NCBI GenBank assembly: GCA_012295275.1 | Contig: CM022678.1 | Coordinates: 8,308,001 to 8,372,000 of the forward strand | DNA length: 64,000 nt | Origin: Chrysomallon squamiferum | Lineage: Eukaryota; Animalia; Mollusca | Direction: 5' to 3' | Shown here: positions 26,697 to 43,107 of the stretch, piece after piece | Numbering within the stretch: the first letter of the stretch is position 1 | Layout: the number at the start of each line of letters is the position of its first letter | The notes under the pieces: model-generated | What the model saw: the letters and a program-made list of their open reading frames with translations, nothing else | What the model was told of the DNA's origin: nothing | The model's database searches: none | Translations under genes and position numbers: made by a program

Positions 26697-29082
26697 ATAT
26701 AAATGAGTGTACATCAACTGATGTCAGTATTACTAAGTGTACTGATACTTGTACTAACAGAATCAGTGGATTCACTTGTTCCTGTCTGGCTGGGAAGAAA
26801 CTTGAAAATGACCAGACAACATGTGTTAGTAAGCAGAATTTCTCGTTACAAAATACAATAATGTAAAAATAAATTTTTAAATATTTTAAAAACAATTATA
26901 TTTTGAAAACTGAAGCAACTTATTTTGTAAAATTGGAAATTTTCATGATATTTAGATTATACTTTTAAGATAATTTTATACATTTTGTTTTATTATAAAT
27001 ACTGACACAAAAATTTGATTTTAATTTATTTATTTTCAAATTGGATTTTATTTTTCCCTCTCAGACCATTGTCAGTGTAAAGCTGGCTGGGTGGTGTGTG
27101 ATGTGAAAACAACAGAGATGAATGTAGTGTTTCAACAGTTTCATGTCAAGCAAACAGCAACTGCAAAAACCTGCCAGTCTCCTATCATTTGAGTGTAAGA
27201 CAGGATATCACAACTTGTCAGATGAATGTGGAGGTGAGTAGGATAAACTTAATAAATAGTTAATTACTCAATATTAAAAATGTGGTAACAAGTTGAAATT
27301 ATAATGTTTTATTCAATAAACAGTTAAATGTAACAAATGATTTCTTATTATTTAATAAATAGTTACATGTTAGAAATGATTTCTTATTTAATAAACAGTT
27401 ACATGTTAGAAATGATTTCTTATTATTTAATAAATAGTTACATGTTACAAATGATTTCTTATTATTTAATAAACAGTTACATGTTACAAATGATTTCTTA
27501 TTATTTAATAAACAGTTACATGTTAGAAATGATTTCTTATTATTTAATAAACAGTTACATGTTACAAATGATTTCTTATTATTTAATAAACAGTTACATG
27601 TTACAAATGATTTCTTATTATTTATGAAATAGTTAAATGATAGAAATGGTTAATGAATTTTGTAGATATTTTTGTGATTTTAATTACCAAAGAAAACAGA
27701 ATGGATGCTTTAAACTGAACAATTACATAGAAATGAGTTAATTAATATCTCAGTCACAAAACTAACTTTTTCTGCATTAAAATATAATAAATAAATAAAT
27801 ATAATAATAAAAATATCATTTTTATACTTGTTAATAACTTTTTATTCAAAATAAAGAGAATGTTTATTGAACACAGAAGATCAGCTTTCAGTGACTAAGA
27901 AATTAACATTGTTAAAAACAACAAAAAAGAAACAAAAACAAACCCTGTTTGGTACCAGGTAACTTTATTTTTGCAGTTTGAGTCACATTAATTTTTAAGA
28001 ACATTACCAGCAAAAGTAAATAAAGATTAAAATAAAAATTATGTTTTACAACTGATAATTAAACTATTATGAAACAGATATTTATTAATTCATTCATTCA
28101 TTCATGTAAAACATACATTTTTTTTATAGTTGAATGAATGCTTGGTATTATTTTTGAACTACCAATGAGAAAAGCTACATCTGTTATTGTTATTTTAATT
28201 GTGACAAAATTTGATAAAATTATAAACTATTTTATTTTCATTTGTGTGAGAATGTGATAAAATTGTAAATTATTTTGTTGTGACAAAATATAATAAAGTT
28301 ATAAAAATATTTTATGTTCAGTTGTGACAGTGCTGCAGTGAACAGTTCGTGTGAACAGGGCTGCAGGGTGCATGACACAGTGGAGCAGTGTTTGTGTAGA
28401 AATGTTTACCTTGAATTCAGACAACAAAACATGCTCAGGTGAGTCAGTTCTATCTGGTTCTCAGGTTAAATTGTTCACTTCAAGCATTCTTAGTTTATTC
28501 ATATTTCCAGTGTAAGTTTTATCTCTTTGAATCTGAATGGTCAGCATTTCTACCATTATCTGTTTTTTTTTTTTTTTTTATTAATAATGTCATGCTCATT
28601 ATATATTCAGCAATCAGTTTGCAACTTATGTATGCATTAGTAGCTTTTGTGCTATTCAAATAGTTAAGTTTAAATTCTTAGTTCTGGAATTAAGAAAAAT
28701 TTCAATGCAGTTATTCCTGTTTCAGAAACTTGTCAGAATTTATGAATAAATTTTATTAATAATAGTTACATCTGTGTAACTTAAACTTGATTAATTTTAG
28801 AAATGCTCAGAACTTATGAATTTTAAATTTCAGTTAATCCATATATTAGAAATAATTTCTGTGTAAATGATATTTGAGTAATTTTAGAAACTTGTCAAAA
28901 TGTATGAGAAAGTTTAATTGTTGTTAATGATTGAGATATAATTTATCTGTTTCTCTCTTTCAGATATAAACGAATGTAATTCAAAAATATTTACACTCAG
29001 AACTAAAACTACTAAGATGGAGTCTACACATGTAACTGTATGGATGGTTATAAATGGGAAACTGACAAAATTATTTCTAGAG
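26697..29082 (+). pseudogene. Decayed EGF/cbEGF exons of a fibrillin- or mucin-like extracellular protein
   Basis: Exon 26697-26828 is intact: DINECTSTDVSITKCTDTCTNRISGFTCSCLAGKKLENDQTTCV. Exons 27065-27233 (CQCKAGW..CENNRDECS...CKTGY), 28322-28438 (CEQGCRV...CLC...NSDNKTCS) and 28964-29082 (DINECN...YTCNCMDGY) carry frameshifts or lost cysteines but keep AG/GT ends. Confidence 0.85.
27310..27650. repeat. Minisatellite, 39-bp unit, about 8 copies
   Basis: Unit aataaacagttacatgttacaaatgatttcttattattt. Confidence 0.95.
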
Positions 29083-30620
29083 GTAGATATAAATATTAGT
29101 ATATCACACACACATCAACAGATGCACAAGCAAAGATTCGCACACTTCAACACATACACATGCAAATATTCACACACATGAAACATGCACACACAAACCT
29201 CCATATGCATACATATACAGTGAATTTAATTAACTCAGATCAAATAGAGGGAAATCAATAAAATGAAAGGATATACATTGAAATGAAATGCAGTGTGATA
29301 CAGTGCAATAAAATAAAATAAATGAAATGAAACACTATGAAATACAATACACCACAACACAACACAACACAGTACAATAACTGAACTGAACAAACTGATC
29401 TGAACTGAACAGAACTGAAATAAAAAATGAAATAATGATAAAATGTAATAAAATGAATGGAATGAAATAAAAAGTAATGTGTGAAATGATTCACAAATTG
29501 TATATAGCATAATGGAGATAATTTTATTATTATTGTTTTTGTTTTTTTAATTAAAGTAGTGGTAAAGATTTATGAAAATGTTTGTTAATAAAACATAAAA
29601 TGGAAGAAGATCTGTTGTTTGGAAGGTATTTTTTTAATGATTCCTTTGCAGATTACATTGTATTTCAAGCTGTTTAGTAATTTTTATATTTTTTCTTACC
29701 AAATGTCTTGGTATTTAAAAAAAAAAAATGTATTAATATTCTTTTATTGAATTAGAAATCTTGTTTTGTAGCATTCTCAGCACCTTAAACCTTTTTAAAC
29801 ATTTTAAATAATTTTTGATTTGAAAGTTCAGATACATCTTATACCATATTTCTCTAAATTATTTATTAAGGATTTTGTTGAGGCTTTTCTAAAATTATCT
29901 TTTTTATATGCAAAAGTAGTTTTGATGTCGATCTTTTCTTTTTCTTGTTCAAATAAATATTTCAAATTATTTTGTTTTCTGTTTTTCATTACATCAGACT
30001 TGAGAAACAGATTCCTAAGAGTTAGGAATATTTTTTATTTATATAGTTTTGAAATAATAGTAGAAGTAATAGATGTGATTGTGGAAGTAGTGATGCAGAC
30101 AATGTTGCACTGGTCACAGCTGAAATAATAGAAGCAAACTAATAGATGAAATAGTAATAAAATTAATAGTACTACTAGTAGTAGTAATAGAAATAGTAGT
30201 TGCAATATTAATAATAGTAAGAGGTAATGAAAATAACAATAGCATAAGTAATTGAGGGAGTACTGTAATACTGGTTCTATTATTAATTTTTTGGATATGT
30301 ACATATTCAGGGAATACTATAAACACTGCATAGAAATATATAATGTGGGTGTTTCCTGTTGCTGTATATAATGATCAGTACATTTCAGATTTGTTTCATT
30401 TCTCTGTGTGTATGTGTGTGTGTATGTGTGTTATAAGTAGATAGATTTTAAGGATGCTTTAGCATTATAATGGTGTTAGGACATTGCAGTAGATGTCAGT
30501 CCTATTTGAGGATCAAATCAGGGTAGAAACTCATAATTTTTAACAATAGAGTTTGAATATACATGTGTGTGTGCGTGTGTGTAGGTGTAAATATATGTAT
30601 ATATGTATATATATATATAT

Positions 30621-31965
30621 TTGACTATTATATAAAATCTAGACTGAAAACATATCACATTTTCTCAGTCGTATCAAAAGAATTTTAAAATGTCCAATAC
30701 AGCAAGAACACATGCATGAGTATATATCAGAACATCAGAAGAGGGGACATAATCGAAAATTTATCAGCTAAAGGAAATAATCACCATAATATGGGGTTAG
30801 GTTCTAACGTCGAAAAGCTAAAACAAAACGAGAATTTTATGGTAGCAGATATTAAAGGTTGCCTTTGTTATAGATTAGAAACGGCTGGCTTCTTTGGCTC
30901 TTTTAATTCGATGTTTTCATTGACATCTTCAGTAATGAAATAATTTGTAATCTTTGCACAATCCGGCGAACCCTTTTATGAAATAGATGTGACCGGACCT
31001 CGAAACTTTGGCCTTATTTTGATATGCGTTTGACAGTGGGGTAGATTTGTTCTTATTGTTGAGAAATTTTGAAATCTTTGTAAAATCTTTGTTATCAAAA
31101 TAATTATCTCTCAGTTGAAATCAACAACAATAAAAAGTCTGGGGGAGGATTGGCTAAGGGTACGTTTACAGTTAGATTTAAGACTTACTATGATTTATAA
31201 ACATTTTTTTTTTTTTTTTTTTTTTTTTGACTTATATAAAATCTAGAACTGAAAACATGTGACATTTTCTCAGTCATATCAAAAGAATTTTAAAATGTCC
31301 GGTACAGCAGAAACACGTGCATGAGCATATATCAGAACATCAGAGGAAGGGGAGATAATCGAAAATTTATCAGGTTAAAGAAATAACCACCATAATCTAA
31401 ACCAATTTTATGGTAGCAGATATTCAAGGTGGCCTTTGTTATAGATTAAAAACGGATGTCTTTGAAACTGTTTTCAGTAGATACATTTCTCTTCTAATAC
31501 TAGCTGTAGATAATCTTAATAAAGTAATAATGTTTGTATGTGGATAACCTTAACATTGTGAAGTCTATAGATAAAATAGAGACAATATAAAGCAACTATA
31601 AACGCTAGAAAAAACTGTGTGTGTGTGTGTGTGTTAGTAATTATAATAAGTAAATAAACTTCGTTTTTTTTTATAGAAAACATAGAAAGTTTTAAACTTT
31701 TAGAATTAAGATAATTACCTATGACGAGTTTTACGTAACAAAAAAAAACTTTAAAATTTGTCAGTCGAGGCTGGCTTCTTTTGCTCTTTGAATTCGATGT
31801 TTTCATTGACATCTTCAGTAATTTAATAATTTGTAATCTTTGCACAGTCCGGTGGGCCCTTTTACGAAATGGAGGTGACTGGATCTCGAAATTCTGACCT
31901 TGTTTTGATAAGCGTTTGACAGCGGGTTAGGCTTAGATTTGTTCTGACGTGTTGAGAAATTTTGC
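30621..31965. repeat. Local segmental duplication: 30621-31075 and 31227-31965, with further partial copies at 32828-32870, 40855-41230 and 41690-41815
   Basis: Shared blocks include tataaaatctaga..gaaaacat, atggtagcagatatt, ggctggcttc...aattcgatgttttcattgacatcttcagtaat and tttgtaatctttgcaca.tccgg. Confidence 0.9.
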
Positions 31966-32272
31966 AGTGTAATCTGTGTTATTAAAGGTGTATATCTTTC
32001 ACAAACACGCGCGCGCGAGCAACTTAAAACGAATAGTTTTATCATTATTCTGCTCTTAATAGGCTTCAGTTGACTGATTCCGTTTTTTAAATTAGCTTTC
32101 CCAAAACCCGTAAAGAATACTTTTTTTTTGTATTATTATAAAATATGTTTCTACATTAATACACTTAAGCTGTTGGCGTGTTATTTATCTAGTGGATGAG
32201 TGTAGTATTATACCATGACGATACTTCGTTTGAATTTACTAATCCCTCTCATTGTGTTCTAAACACGACAAT

Positions 32273-32524
32273 AGATGATGATAACAAGCACGTCAGACAT
32301 TGTCACGCGGTGGTTCTGAGTCATGTGATCAGCTGATTGTTGTCGTTCAGCGAGGATAGAAAAATATTTCTTATCAATATCAGGTGCGTGCTGAGTTAAA
32401 TTCTGGCTGCGTGCGCTTATTGTTGTGTACTGAGAGCCGGCGTCAGACTGTCTGGCGTCCCAGGCAAGGTTAGATTCGGTCACCCCCAGGAACATATCAA
32501 TTTCAAACTTTTAAAACATTTCTT
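32273..32524. promoter_or_regulatory. Conserved non-coding block, copy 1: candidate BMP/Smad-responsive enhancer or silencer
   Basis: GGCGTC-AGACT-GTCTG-GCGTC (32439-32459) fits GRCGNC-N5-GTCTG on both strands. Also present are TGAGTCA (AP-1), CAGCTG, CAGGTG, CATGTG, two ATTGTT and two TGCGTG. Confidence 0.6.
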
Positions 32525-32587
32525 TTTAACATTCTATTTCAGACAGGATTTATTTGTCCAGTGTGTGTGTGTGACTTAAAACATCAT

Positions 32588-32624
<37 letters not shown>

Positions 32625-32710
32625 TATGTTATTAGTGCTGGTTAATGATATCAGAAACCGGATTCGAGCAAGTTTATTCAAATTTAAAAATAAATAAATA
32701 AATAAATATT

Positions 32711-32831
<121 letters not shown>

Positions 32832-33004
32832 TCGATATTTTCATTGACATCTTCAGTAATTTAATAATTTCTTACATGAAAAGAGTCGCCCTTATATCTT
32901 TTATTATTTGTAATTTAGTATTTGCATGGACTGAACAATTGGTAAATATTTCATTTTTATATTGTAATTTGTTATAATAAGCACACACACATTTCTAGGT
33001 GTAT

Positions 33005-33148
<144 letters not shown>

Positions 33149-33431
33149 TTAATTACAGTTATTAAAATAATAAAATGTATTAAATTTGCAAATGTTACAA
33201 TTACACTTCTAGTTTGGGTATATTGGTGATAATGTTTCATTTTTAATAAACATTATTTCTGATAACTTTTAATAAACATTATTGGAGATAATGTACTACG
33301 TTTAATAAACGTGACACTTAAACGATTTGCACCTGAATGAACATGACATTGTCAAACAATTAAGAATTGTTCTCTCATTCAGGCATGGAAACAAATTTTG
33401 CAGTGTAATCTGTGTCGTTAAAGGTGTATAT

Positions 33432-33474
<43 letters not shown>

Positions 33475-33700
33475 CTTATTACTTATAGTAATATGATTTT
33501 TCTCTAATTACGTTTTAGTTGAGTGATTCCGTTCTTTAAATCAGGATTCCCAAAATTTGTAAATAATTTAGTTGTTTTTATTTTATTTTGTATTATTACA
33601 AAATATATTTCTAAATTAATAAACTTAAGCTGTTTGTGTGTTATTTATCCAATAGATGAGTGTAGTATTACACTAATCCCTCTCATTGTGTTTTAAACAC

Positions 33701-33952
33701 AGATGATGATAACAAGCACGTCAGACATTGTCACGCGGTGGTTCTGAGTCATGTGATCAGCTGATTGTTGTCGTTCAGCGTGGATAGAAAAATATTTCTT
33801 ATCAATATCAGGTGCGTGCTGAGTTAAATTCTGGCTGCGTGCGCTTATTGTTGTGTACTGAGAGCCGGCGCCAGACTGTCTGGCGTCCCAGGCAAGGTTA
33901 GATTCGGTCACCCCCAGGAACATATCAATTTCAAACTTTTAAAACATTTCTT
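33701..33952. promoter_or_regulatory. Conserved non-coding block, copy 2: candidate BMP/Smad-responsive element
   Basis: GGCGCC-AGACT-GTCTG-GCGTC at 33867-33887. Only 2 substitutions were seen relative to copy 1, inside a larger and more diverged duplication (31960-32524 vs 33395-33952). Confidence 0.6.
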
Positions 33953-34785
33953 TTCAAAATCCTATGCGATCTCTAGAGACAAGATTTTTCTGTTACGGAC
34001 ATTTAAATATCCCACACCGGCCATTTCTTTCCTTGCTTATACCATTAAAATAAGGTGCACCGTTTTTAGTTTGATTCCGCCACAAAGTGAAGATTTCGTA
34101 TACGCGTGATTCTACGGAAAAACTCGTGGCCTGCAAACCTAATTACGTTTTGAAAATTTCATGTACGCACGATTTTCACTCACTTATTTTTTTTGTTTCG
34201 GTCAGACTGAATCTACCCGATTATTTGTCCGTGTATAAAATAAACCAGGATGAAAAGCGACCGTCAATAAAAACTAAATTTATTTATTTATTTTTCAAAA
34301 CTGTTTGCCTGTATGACAGCGCCGACCCTGTGTGTACTTACTATATGTCATTTTACCATTAACTGTTTTTGTTTGGTTTTTTCTTAAAGATATTCAGGAT
34401 ATGAGTTTGATAAAAATCACAAACACGGTGGATTGACCGGAACCGAATAAACATCATCTGCTAACGTATGTTTCCATTTTATCTTGCGTAATGAATTTTT
34501 CTTTTATTATTATTATGTTTGTTTTTTTGAAAGGTACATTGACTGTACAAGAACGACTACTACTATTGCTCCTAATACGAAAACTATTACAATCATTATC
34601 ACCAAACTCATGCTACCACTAATATTAATAATAGATTTGTTAATTCCGTTTTTTTTTTTTTTATTATTATTATTATTTGTTTTTAATTTACATTTGCACT
34701 TGTTTCCTTTTTGTTTGTAACTGAATTAATTTGTAATATATTTTTGCCTGCGTATATTCAAAACGTGACTAAACGTGACTCTCTC

Positions 34786-37421
<2,636 letters not shown>

Positions 37422-37752
37422 AACACAAGCATACAAGATAAAATTCGTGTAGGATGAGAGAACGATAGATAGAAAAGGAATATGAGATATGAAATGTCAG
37501 AATGAAAAAACAATATGGGAGATAGAAGCGGTAGAAAGAAAACAAACAAAAATAATTAGAAACAAAAGAACGAAAGAATAAAAATAATAATAAATAAAAT
37601 AAATTATATAACCGGCGGTTTGGAAAATAAAATGAGATTTTTGACGTCATGGGTATTCATTTGAAGGTCACTGTAAGTTCAAGTTGACGTCACACTTATA
37701 CAATGTACTCCAGTGTAATAATGTCCCTACTTTATTTTGTTTTACGTTTTTG

Positions 37753-37847
<95 letters not shown>

Positions 37848-38459
37848 GTCATTATAAGATTAACTGCCTTTGCTGTTATAGCGAAACATGTTCACCAATA
37901 AAGAGCTACCATACAGACACTGACAAACACACACACGTACACACACACACACTGAGGAACCTGTGGTTGGTTTAAAAAAAAAAAAAAAAAAAAAAAAAGA
38001 CCTAGCTAATAGTCGACATCCGAATAAATCGTAACTATAATTTACAAAGGAAAAATAGCAGCAACTACAGCATAAACTAGTTCTGGATAAATAGTCTAAA
38101 CAGCTAGATCTTTTTTTAACAAATAAAATATTTAAAACGTAGGATCAACGAATATACAGTGGGGTATATATGTTAATCATTAAGGTATTTTTAGCTACTT
38201 CTGTTTGCCTATCTGCTTCAAAGCACGCGCGCACGCACGTCACGCACATCACACACACATATAATCAAGGGCTGTAACGATACAGACTCGTATTACGATA
38301 TAAGAACCTAGATAAAAATTCTCTTTTCAAAATGAGATTAATATTTTTATTATTCAGACAGACAAAGTATGCATTATATTCCATTGTAAATGAAATCGGT
38401 TAACGTTTTTCTTTCTTTTTTCTAAGTAATTTATTGTATATATATATATATATAATTAC

Positions 38460-38620
38460 AACACGATGAAAAATGGCGGCAAGCAAGATGATAAATCACG
38501 ATTTTGCGATCCTCTTGCAATTTACCGGGCGCCATTTTGGCGACATTTCGGGTTTCCATTATGTTGTATCCTAAAGTTGTATCCTAAGCAGAAGCGAGCG
38601 TAGCGACAGTATCATTATCT
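38460..38620. promoter_or_regulatory. CpG-rich promoter-like patch with two YY1/Pho-type motifs
   Basis: AAAATGGCGGC (38470-38480) and CGCCATTTT (38530-38538) lie in opposite orientations in a locally CpG-rich stretch. Confidence 0.45.
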
Positions 38621-39536
38621 TAAAAACAATTCCGCATGAATTAAAAACACATATTAAACATTTAGTACAGGCCCGAAACCAAATATTCATCTATCAGAAA
38701 AATAAAACTGCTAGAAAATGCCTTTAAAATTTTACTAATATGTTTGGAAAATACTGTCAGCTTTTTTAGTTTTCATTGTTCATTTTATTTTAAGTGTCGA
38801 GATCTTCAGTGACTACATTTTGAGCGATTCATAGATAGCGATTGTCAGTTTGAGCGATTGACAATAGAGCAATTGTATTCTTTAAGTGTTTGGGAATTAG
38901 CGATTTAAAGCGAAAGTATCTGGGAATTTTTAGAATAAATTAATTAAACTAAATTAAATTAGAAAACTGGGCATGAGTTCCGAATGTTCGAGTATTTATA
39001 GCCTAAAGAAACTGAAATAAAATACATTATTTTCTTTTTGTATATAGTTTTTATTATTTTCCTATCACCTTTAAAACAGAAAATGCTAACGGTACATCAC
39101 TTAATCTGCCAACCACAGAAATTGCTAGGCGTAGCATGTAGTCGCTCAAACGTCATTGAACAGTTTTATATTTTAAGTATATAATTATCAAGCTTTGGTC
39201 CAGAAAACGAGAAAATGCTGAAATTGGTCCCCGAGCTATATTCATAACTGGTCTGGCCTCTGTATCGGAAATAAAACCACAGAGATGTCTGGTTATTACA
39301 CAGTAATCTATACAAGTAACACTTAATATACAATTTTAATTCATAAATATTCTGATCCTTCACCAGATTAAAAAAACAAACAAACTGGTTAATGTTTGGT
39401 TTTAATATTGCACTTGTAAACTGATCTTTTTTGTTGTTAATATTCATCATCCCTGAACTGACACGTTATTATGAAACACAAATAAACAGTCAGATATATC
39501 TATTTGTCTGTCTACACACGCACTTACACACACACT

Positions 39537-39613
<77 letters not shown>

Positions 39614-39719
39614 ATACACACACACTCATATAGATATACATACAATGCACATTCATATCTCTGTATCAACAGTAAAGAAAGTAACAGTTTCTTTTAGACT
39701 TTTATGGAAGCAGATCTGT

Positions 39720-40590
39720 CGTTTACCTTTGATTTAGAATTGTTAGTTGTTCTAGTAGTCATAGTAGCAGTTGTAGTTGTTGTAATAATACCATTTACCT
39801 TTGTAGTAGAATTGTTAGTTGTTGTAGTAGTCATAGTAGCAGTTGTAGTTGTTGTAATAATATCATTTACCTTTGATTTAGAATTGTTAGTTGTTGTAGT
39901 AGTCATAGTAGCAGTTGTAGTTGTTGTAATAATATCATTTACCTTTGTTGTAGAACTGTTAGTTGTTGTAGTAGTCATAGTAGCAGTTGTAGTTGTTGTA
40001 ATAATATCATTTACCTTTGTAGTAGAATTGTTAGTTGTTGTAGTACTCATAGTAGCAGTTGTAGTTGTTGTAATAAGATCATTTACCTTTGTAGTGTAAT
40101 TGTTAGTTGTTGTAGTAGTCATAGTAGCAGTTGTAGTTGTAATAAGATCATTTACCTTTTATTTAGAATTGTTAGTTGTTGTAGTAGTCATAGTAGCAGT
40201 TGTAGTTGTTGTAATAAGATCATTTACCTTTGAAGTAGAATTGTTAGTTATTGTAGTAGTCATAGTAGCAGTTGTAGTTGTTGTAATAATATCATTTACC
40301 TTTGTAGTAGAACTGTTAGTTGTTGGAGTAGTCATAGTAGCAGTTGTAGTTGTTGTAATAAGATCATTTACCTTTGTAGTGCAATTGTTAGTTGTTGTAG
40401 TAGTCATAGTAGCAGTTGTAGTAGTCATAGTAGCAGTTGTAGTTGTTGTGATAAGATCATTTACCTTTGTAGTGCAATTGTTAGTTGTTGTAGTAGTCAT
40501 AATAGTAGTTGTAGTTGTTGTAATAAGATCATTTACCTTTGTAGTGCAATTGTTAGTTGTTGTAGTAGTCATAGTAGCAGTTGTACGTGT
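39720..40590. repeat. Minisatellite, 72-bp unit, about 12 copies; reads Thr-rich on the minus strand
   Basis: The unit translates as TKVNDIITTTTTATMTTTTTNNST (24 aa). There is one in-frame stop at 40159-40161. Confidence 0.95.
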
Positions 40591-41244
40591 TGTAATAGTT
40601 GTAGTGGAAATATTGCAGCAGAATTATCCGTCGTTGTAGTTGTAGTTACATTGTTAATTGTTGCAGTCGTCATAGAAGCAGTAGTAGCTGTTGTAGTACT
40701 TGTAGTGTCAGTATTTGTCGTTGTAGTAGCTGTAGTAGAATTATTAGTTACTACAGTAGCAGTTGTTCTAGTAGTTGTAGTTGTAGTTGCAGTATTTGTT
40801 TTTGCAGTGGCTGTTGTAGCATTATTCGTTGTAGTATTATCAGTAACATTACAGTGTTTTAGTAGTTACATTTCTCTTCTGTATGCTAGCTGTAGACAGT
40901 TTTAGTAAAGTAATAATTATTGTATAGACTTAAGGTAGTGTGATCTATATATGAAATAGAGAAAATAAAAACAACTATAAACACTAGAAAAAAAGAATAT
41001 TTTAAAATTTGTCAGTCTAAGCTGGTTTCTCTTGCTCTTTGATTTCGACTCTTTCATTGATATCTACAGGAATATAATGCTTTGTAATCTTTGCACAGTC
41101 CGGTGGTCCCTTTTATGAAATAGAGCTTACTGAACCTCGAAATTCTGACCTTGTTTTGACAAGCTTTTGACAGCGGGTTACGGTTAGATATTTTTCTCAC
41201 TTGTTTCGGTTCTGTCATTTTGCCGTCTCACCAAAGGCCTATAT

Positions 41245-41288
<44 letters not shown>

Positions 41289-41542
41289 AACACACACACA
41301 CAACTAAACACATACAGACACGCAGGCACACACAACTACACACATACACACACGCACGCACTCTCTCTCTCTCTCTCTGTAGTAAAAGTAAACAGTACTA
41401 GTATTGCTAGTACTACTAATAATAATAATAGTAATAATAATAATAAACAATAAGAATTATAATAAAGCCACTCAATAAACTAATTCAACTCATTCTATAA
41501 TCACATATTAAGCTATGCATTATGAAACAGCAAATAGACAGG

Positions 41543-41640
<98 letters not shown>

Positions 41641-41951
41641 GAAAACGAAAAGAAAAAGAGAAAAAGTAGTAATAGCAATTTTCTACTAGCGGATGGTATC
41701 GGATATTTAAGGTTGACTTTGTTATAAAGTTAAAAATGGATATCTGAATCTGTTTTTCAGTAGATACATTTCTCTTCTGTATACTAGGCATAGATAATCT
41801 GTAATCATATTATAATATGTTAGATCGGGGAATTAGTTTAATACTGACATAAATTATGTTGAAACGTGATTAATTGCACGTTTGTGTTGTATTTGTTTAA
41901 TTGTAATGTATTTTATTTCTTTATTTAACAAGTCGATTTATCTACATCATC

Positions 41952-42151
41952 NNNNNNNNNNNNNNNNNNNNNNNNNNNNNNNNNNNNNNNNNNNNNNNNN
42001 NNNNNNNNNNNNNNNNNNNNNNNNNNNNNNNNNNNNNNNNNNNNNNNNNNNNNNNNNNNNNNNNNNNNNNNNNNNNNNNNNNNNNNNNNNNNNNNNNNNN
42101 NNNNNNNNNNNNNNNNNNNNNNNNNNNNNNNNNNNNNNNNNNNNNNNNNNN
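41952..42151. other. Assembly gap (200 N)
   Basis: A run of exactly 200 N, typical of an arbitrary-size scaffolding gap. Confidence 0.99.
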
Positions 42152-42371
42152 GTGTGTTTGTATTATGTGTGTATTTGTGTATTTGTGTATGTCTGTATGT
42201 ATGTATATGTGTGTTTTTATTAACTGTGTATGTATTTGTGTATATCTGTATGTATCATTTGTATGTTTGTATTATGTGCGTACTTGTGTATTATGTGTGT
42301 ATGTATTTGTGTATTTCTACGTGCATGTGTCCGTGCTTGTTTCTGTGGTTATGAATTTATTTGTGTATGTC

Positions 42372-42419
<48 letters not shown>

Positions 42420-43033
42420 GTGAGTGTATTATACCAGTTTTTAATAAATCACAGGCACCGGTACATGCGCGCGCACACATAAATAAATAAATAAATAAAT
42501 AAAAATAAAACACCCGTAATGTGAAATTTCTGTTTCAAACTGTTTTAATCTCAAATGTAATTTTCTTATTTTATTTATTTATTTTATTTTATTTTATCTT
42601 AGTGTATATGTTTGTCGTCATGAAATGTTGGAAGAAAATTACAATTTTTCTGGTCGGTCTAATGAAACACACCGAATCATTAACATCCAATATATCGCTT
42701 GATGTCCTTCTATTACCTAGTTTGTAAATTAAAAATAACTAAAATAATATATATGAAAAATATCGTAATAATAATAATAATAATAATAATAAAATAATAA
42801 TAAGAAAAGAAAAATAATAATAATAGATAAATAAATAAAATTAAATTCTGACCATTCTGGTTATAAAACTGTTTTATAAATTTCTGAGCATAGCTCTATT
42901 TAACTGTTAAAACCATCCGCTTTTGTGAAACCGCCATTTGTGTGAGGAACGTAAATAAAAAAATTAAAAAAAATTAAAAAAAATAAAAAGAGAAAAAAAA
43001 AGGAAATGTATTACTTCTTTTACAGTTTGTGGC

Positions 43034-43098
<65 letters not shown>

Positions 43099-43107
43099 GG
43101 TTTCTTG

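Noticed and set aside
32160-32500. Telomerase RNA or U2 snRNA
   Set aside because: There is no CTAACCCTAA-type template (only ctaatccct and ctaacctt). The U2 similarity is limited to agtgtagtat, with no other U2 sequence.
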